Source of the DNA: Candidatus Epulonipiscium sp.
Lineage (GTDB): Bacteria > Bacillota > Clostridia > Lachnospirales > JAAYNZ01
Direction: 5' to 3'
DNA length: 59,399 nucleotides
Assembly (NCBI GenBank): GCA_012524135.1
Contig: JAAYSE010000131.1
Coordinates: 1-59,399, forward strand
In this document: positions 58,619 through 59,399 of the stretch, piece by piece
How the letters are laid out: every line of letters starts with the position of its first letter
Position numbering within the stretch: the first letter of the stretch is position 1
Notes under the pieces: model-generated
Database searches by the model: none
Seen by the model: the letters and a program-made list of their open reading frames with translations, nothing else
Told to the model about the DNA's origin: nothing
Translations under genes and position numbers: made by a program

Positions 58619-59399
58619 ATGCAGATTCATACCATTGAGGGTAAGAAAGTTCTACAAGGTTTAATATGGGGGTTAATTTGCGTTATATTATTTATTGTTG
58701 CATATAAAATTTGGACTGTTTCCGATTTTTCAATATCATCTTATTCTTCCATGTCCAATATATCAAAAAAAGGTAAAATACCTATATCTATTTATCAACG
58801 ATGGCTTGGAGAAAGTGTGCCTCATATGAACTATCCCAAAAGAGAGTTTAAGGATCATATGTTAGTTGTATTTTTTCAATGGCTAACTCATATTAATATA
58901 AAGGATAAAACTACATTATTGGATGAAGCTATTCCAATTATGTTTCGAGTAAATCAAGAGATAAACAAAGAAAATAATTTTGTAGAAGTATATCCTAGAC
59001 TTAATAGTAAAAAAGAAAAACATCTTGAACAAATAGAAGAAAAATTTGAAGAAGAGATTGATTTTTTTAAAAAAGAGGATAAACCTCCTTCTTCCGCTAT
59101 TTCATCTATTCCAAAAATAGTTTTGTCAAAAGAAAATTTGAATAATTTAAATTTCTTAAAAGAAAATTTTTATATTATAGAAGCTAATATGCCAGTAACT
59201 ATTCAAGATTTTCCGACGAAGGCATTTATAGAAAAAAATTTTCAAATATCAATCACTAATCAAGATGAACCTAAAATTTTAATTTTTCATACTCATTCAC
59301 AAGAAGCATTTGTAGATAGTCGGCCGGGAGTAAAAGAAGATACAGTTGTAGGATTGGGACAATCTTTAGCTGATATTTTAAAGAATAAATATGGGGTAG
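58619..59399 (+). CDS. spoIIP: Stage II sporulation protein P (SpoIIP), 3'-truncated at window edge
   Basis: This ORF is not in the track because it has no stop inside the window. The frame is open from ATG 58619 (after AGAGAGGTG) to the end of the window. It has an N-terminal TM helix and ...ILIFHTHSQEAFVDS... typical of SpoIIP, and it follows gpr as in B. subtilis. Confidence 0.8.
   Translation, partial: MQIHTIEGKKVLQGLIWGLICVILFIVAYKIWTVSDFSISSYSSMSNISKKGKIPISIYQRWLGESVPHMNYPKREFKDHMLVVFFQWLTHINIKDKTTLLDEAIPIMFRVNQEINKENNFVEVYPRLNSKKEKHLEQIEEKFEEEIDFFKKEDKPPSSAISSIPKIVLSKENLNNLNFLKENFYIIEANMPVTIQDFPTKAFIEKNFQISITNQDEPKILIFHTHSQEAFVDSRPGVKEDTVVGLGQSLADILKNKYGV

Overview
This is a visibly AT-rich segment, coded almost entirely on the plus strand, from the core chromosome of a spore-forming low-GC Firmicute (Clostridia/Tissierellia-like; the exact taxon cannot be determined by eye). 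I call about 60 protein genes. I saw no rRNA, tRNA, CRISPR array, IS/transposase or phage genes. The content is a chain of housekeeping and sporulation blocks that are syntenic with known Bacillus/Clostridium loci: (1) spoIIM-xerD-deoB-dac; (2) M50 protease-scpA-scpB-dacB-rluB-mnmM-like; (3) a five-gene biotin/Na+ decarboxylase operon; (4) rpiR-phosphatase-flavoprotein-aroH-cmk-ispH::rpsA; (5) DRTGG gene / pdxR<>pdxS / stand-alone GHKL ATPase; (6) rnfCDGEAB; (7) DUF4321-maf-radC-mreBCD-pbp2-minCDE-rodA-mgsA; (8) spoIVFA-like (frameshifted)-spoIVFB-rng-rplU-prp-rpmA-obg-yhbY-nadD-yqeK-rsfS; (9) a third dac gene on the minus strand; (10) comEA-[response regulator-histidine kinase-GerM]-comEC-holA; (11) rpsT on the minus strand; (12) gpr-spoIIP. 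I do not see a defence island or a clearly novel multi-gene system, so this looks like an ordinary core region. The most unusual observations are: (a) a decarboxylase operon that combines a divergent 12S-type acyl-CoA carboxyltransferase and a 5S-type oxaloacetate/pyruvate carboxyltransferase with a single BCCP and a single Na+ pump subunit; (b) a frameshift splitting the SpoIVFA-like M23 peptidase just upstream of spoIVFB; (c) a WalRK-like two-component system plus a double-GerM protein inserted between comEA and comEC; (d) a DRTGG/GHKL-ATPase gene pair split by a pdxR-pdxS module that lacks pdxT, directly upstream of rnf; (e) an oversized PBP2. All family assignments come from reading motifs and synteny by eye. 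No database search was run.
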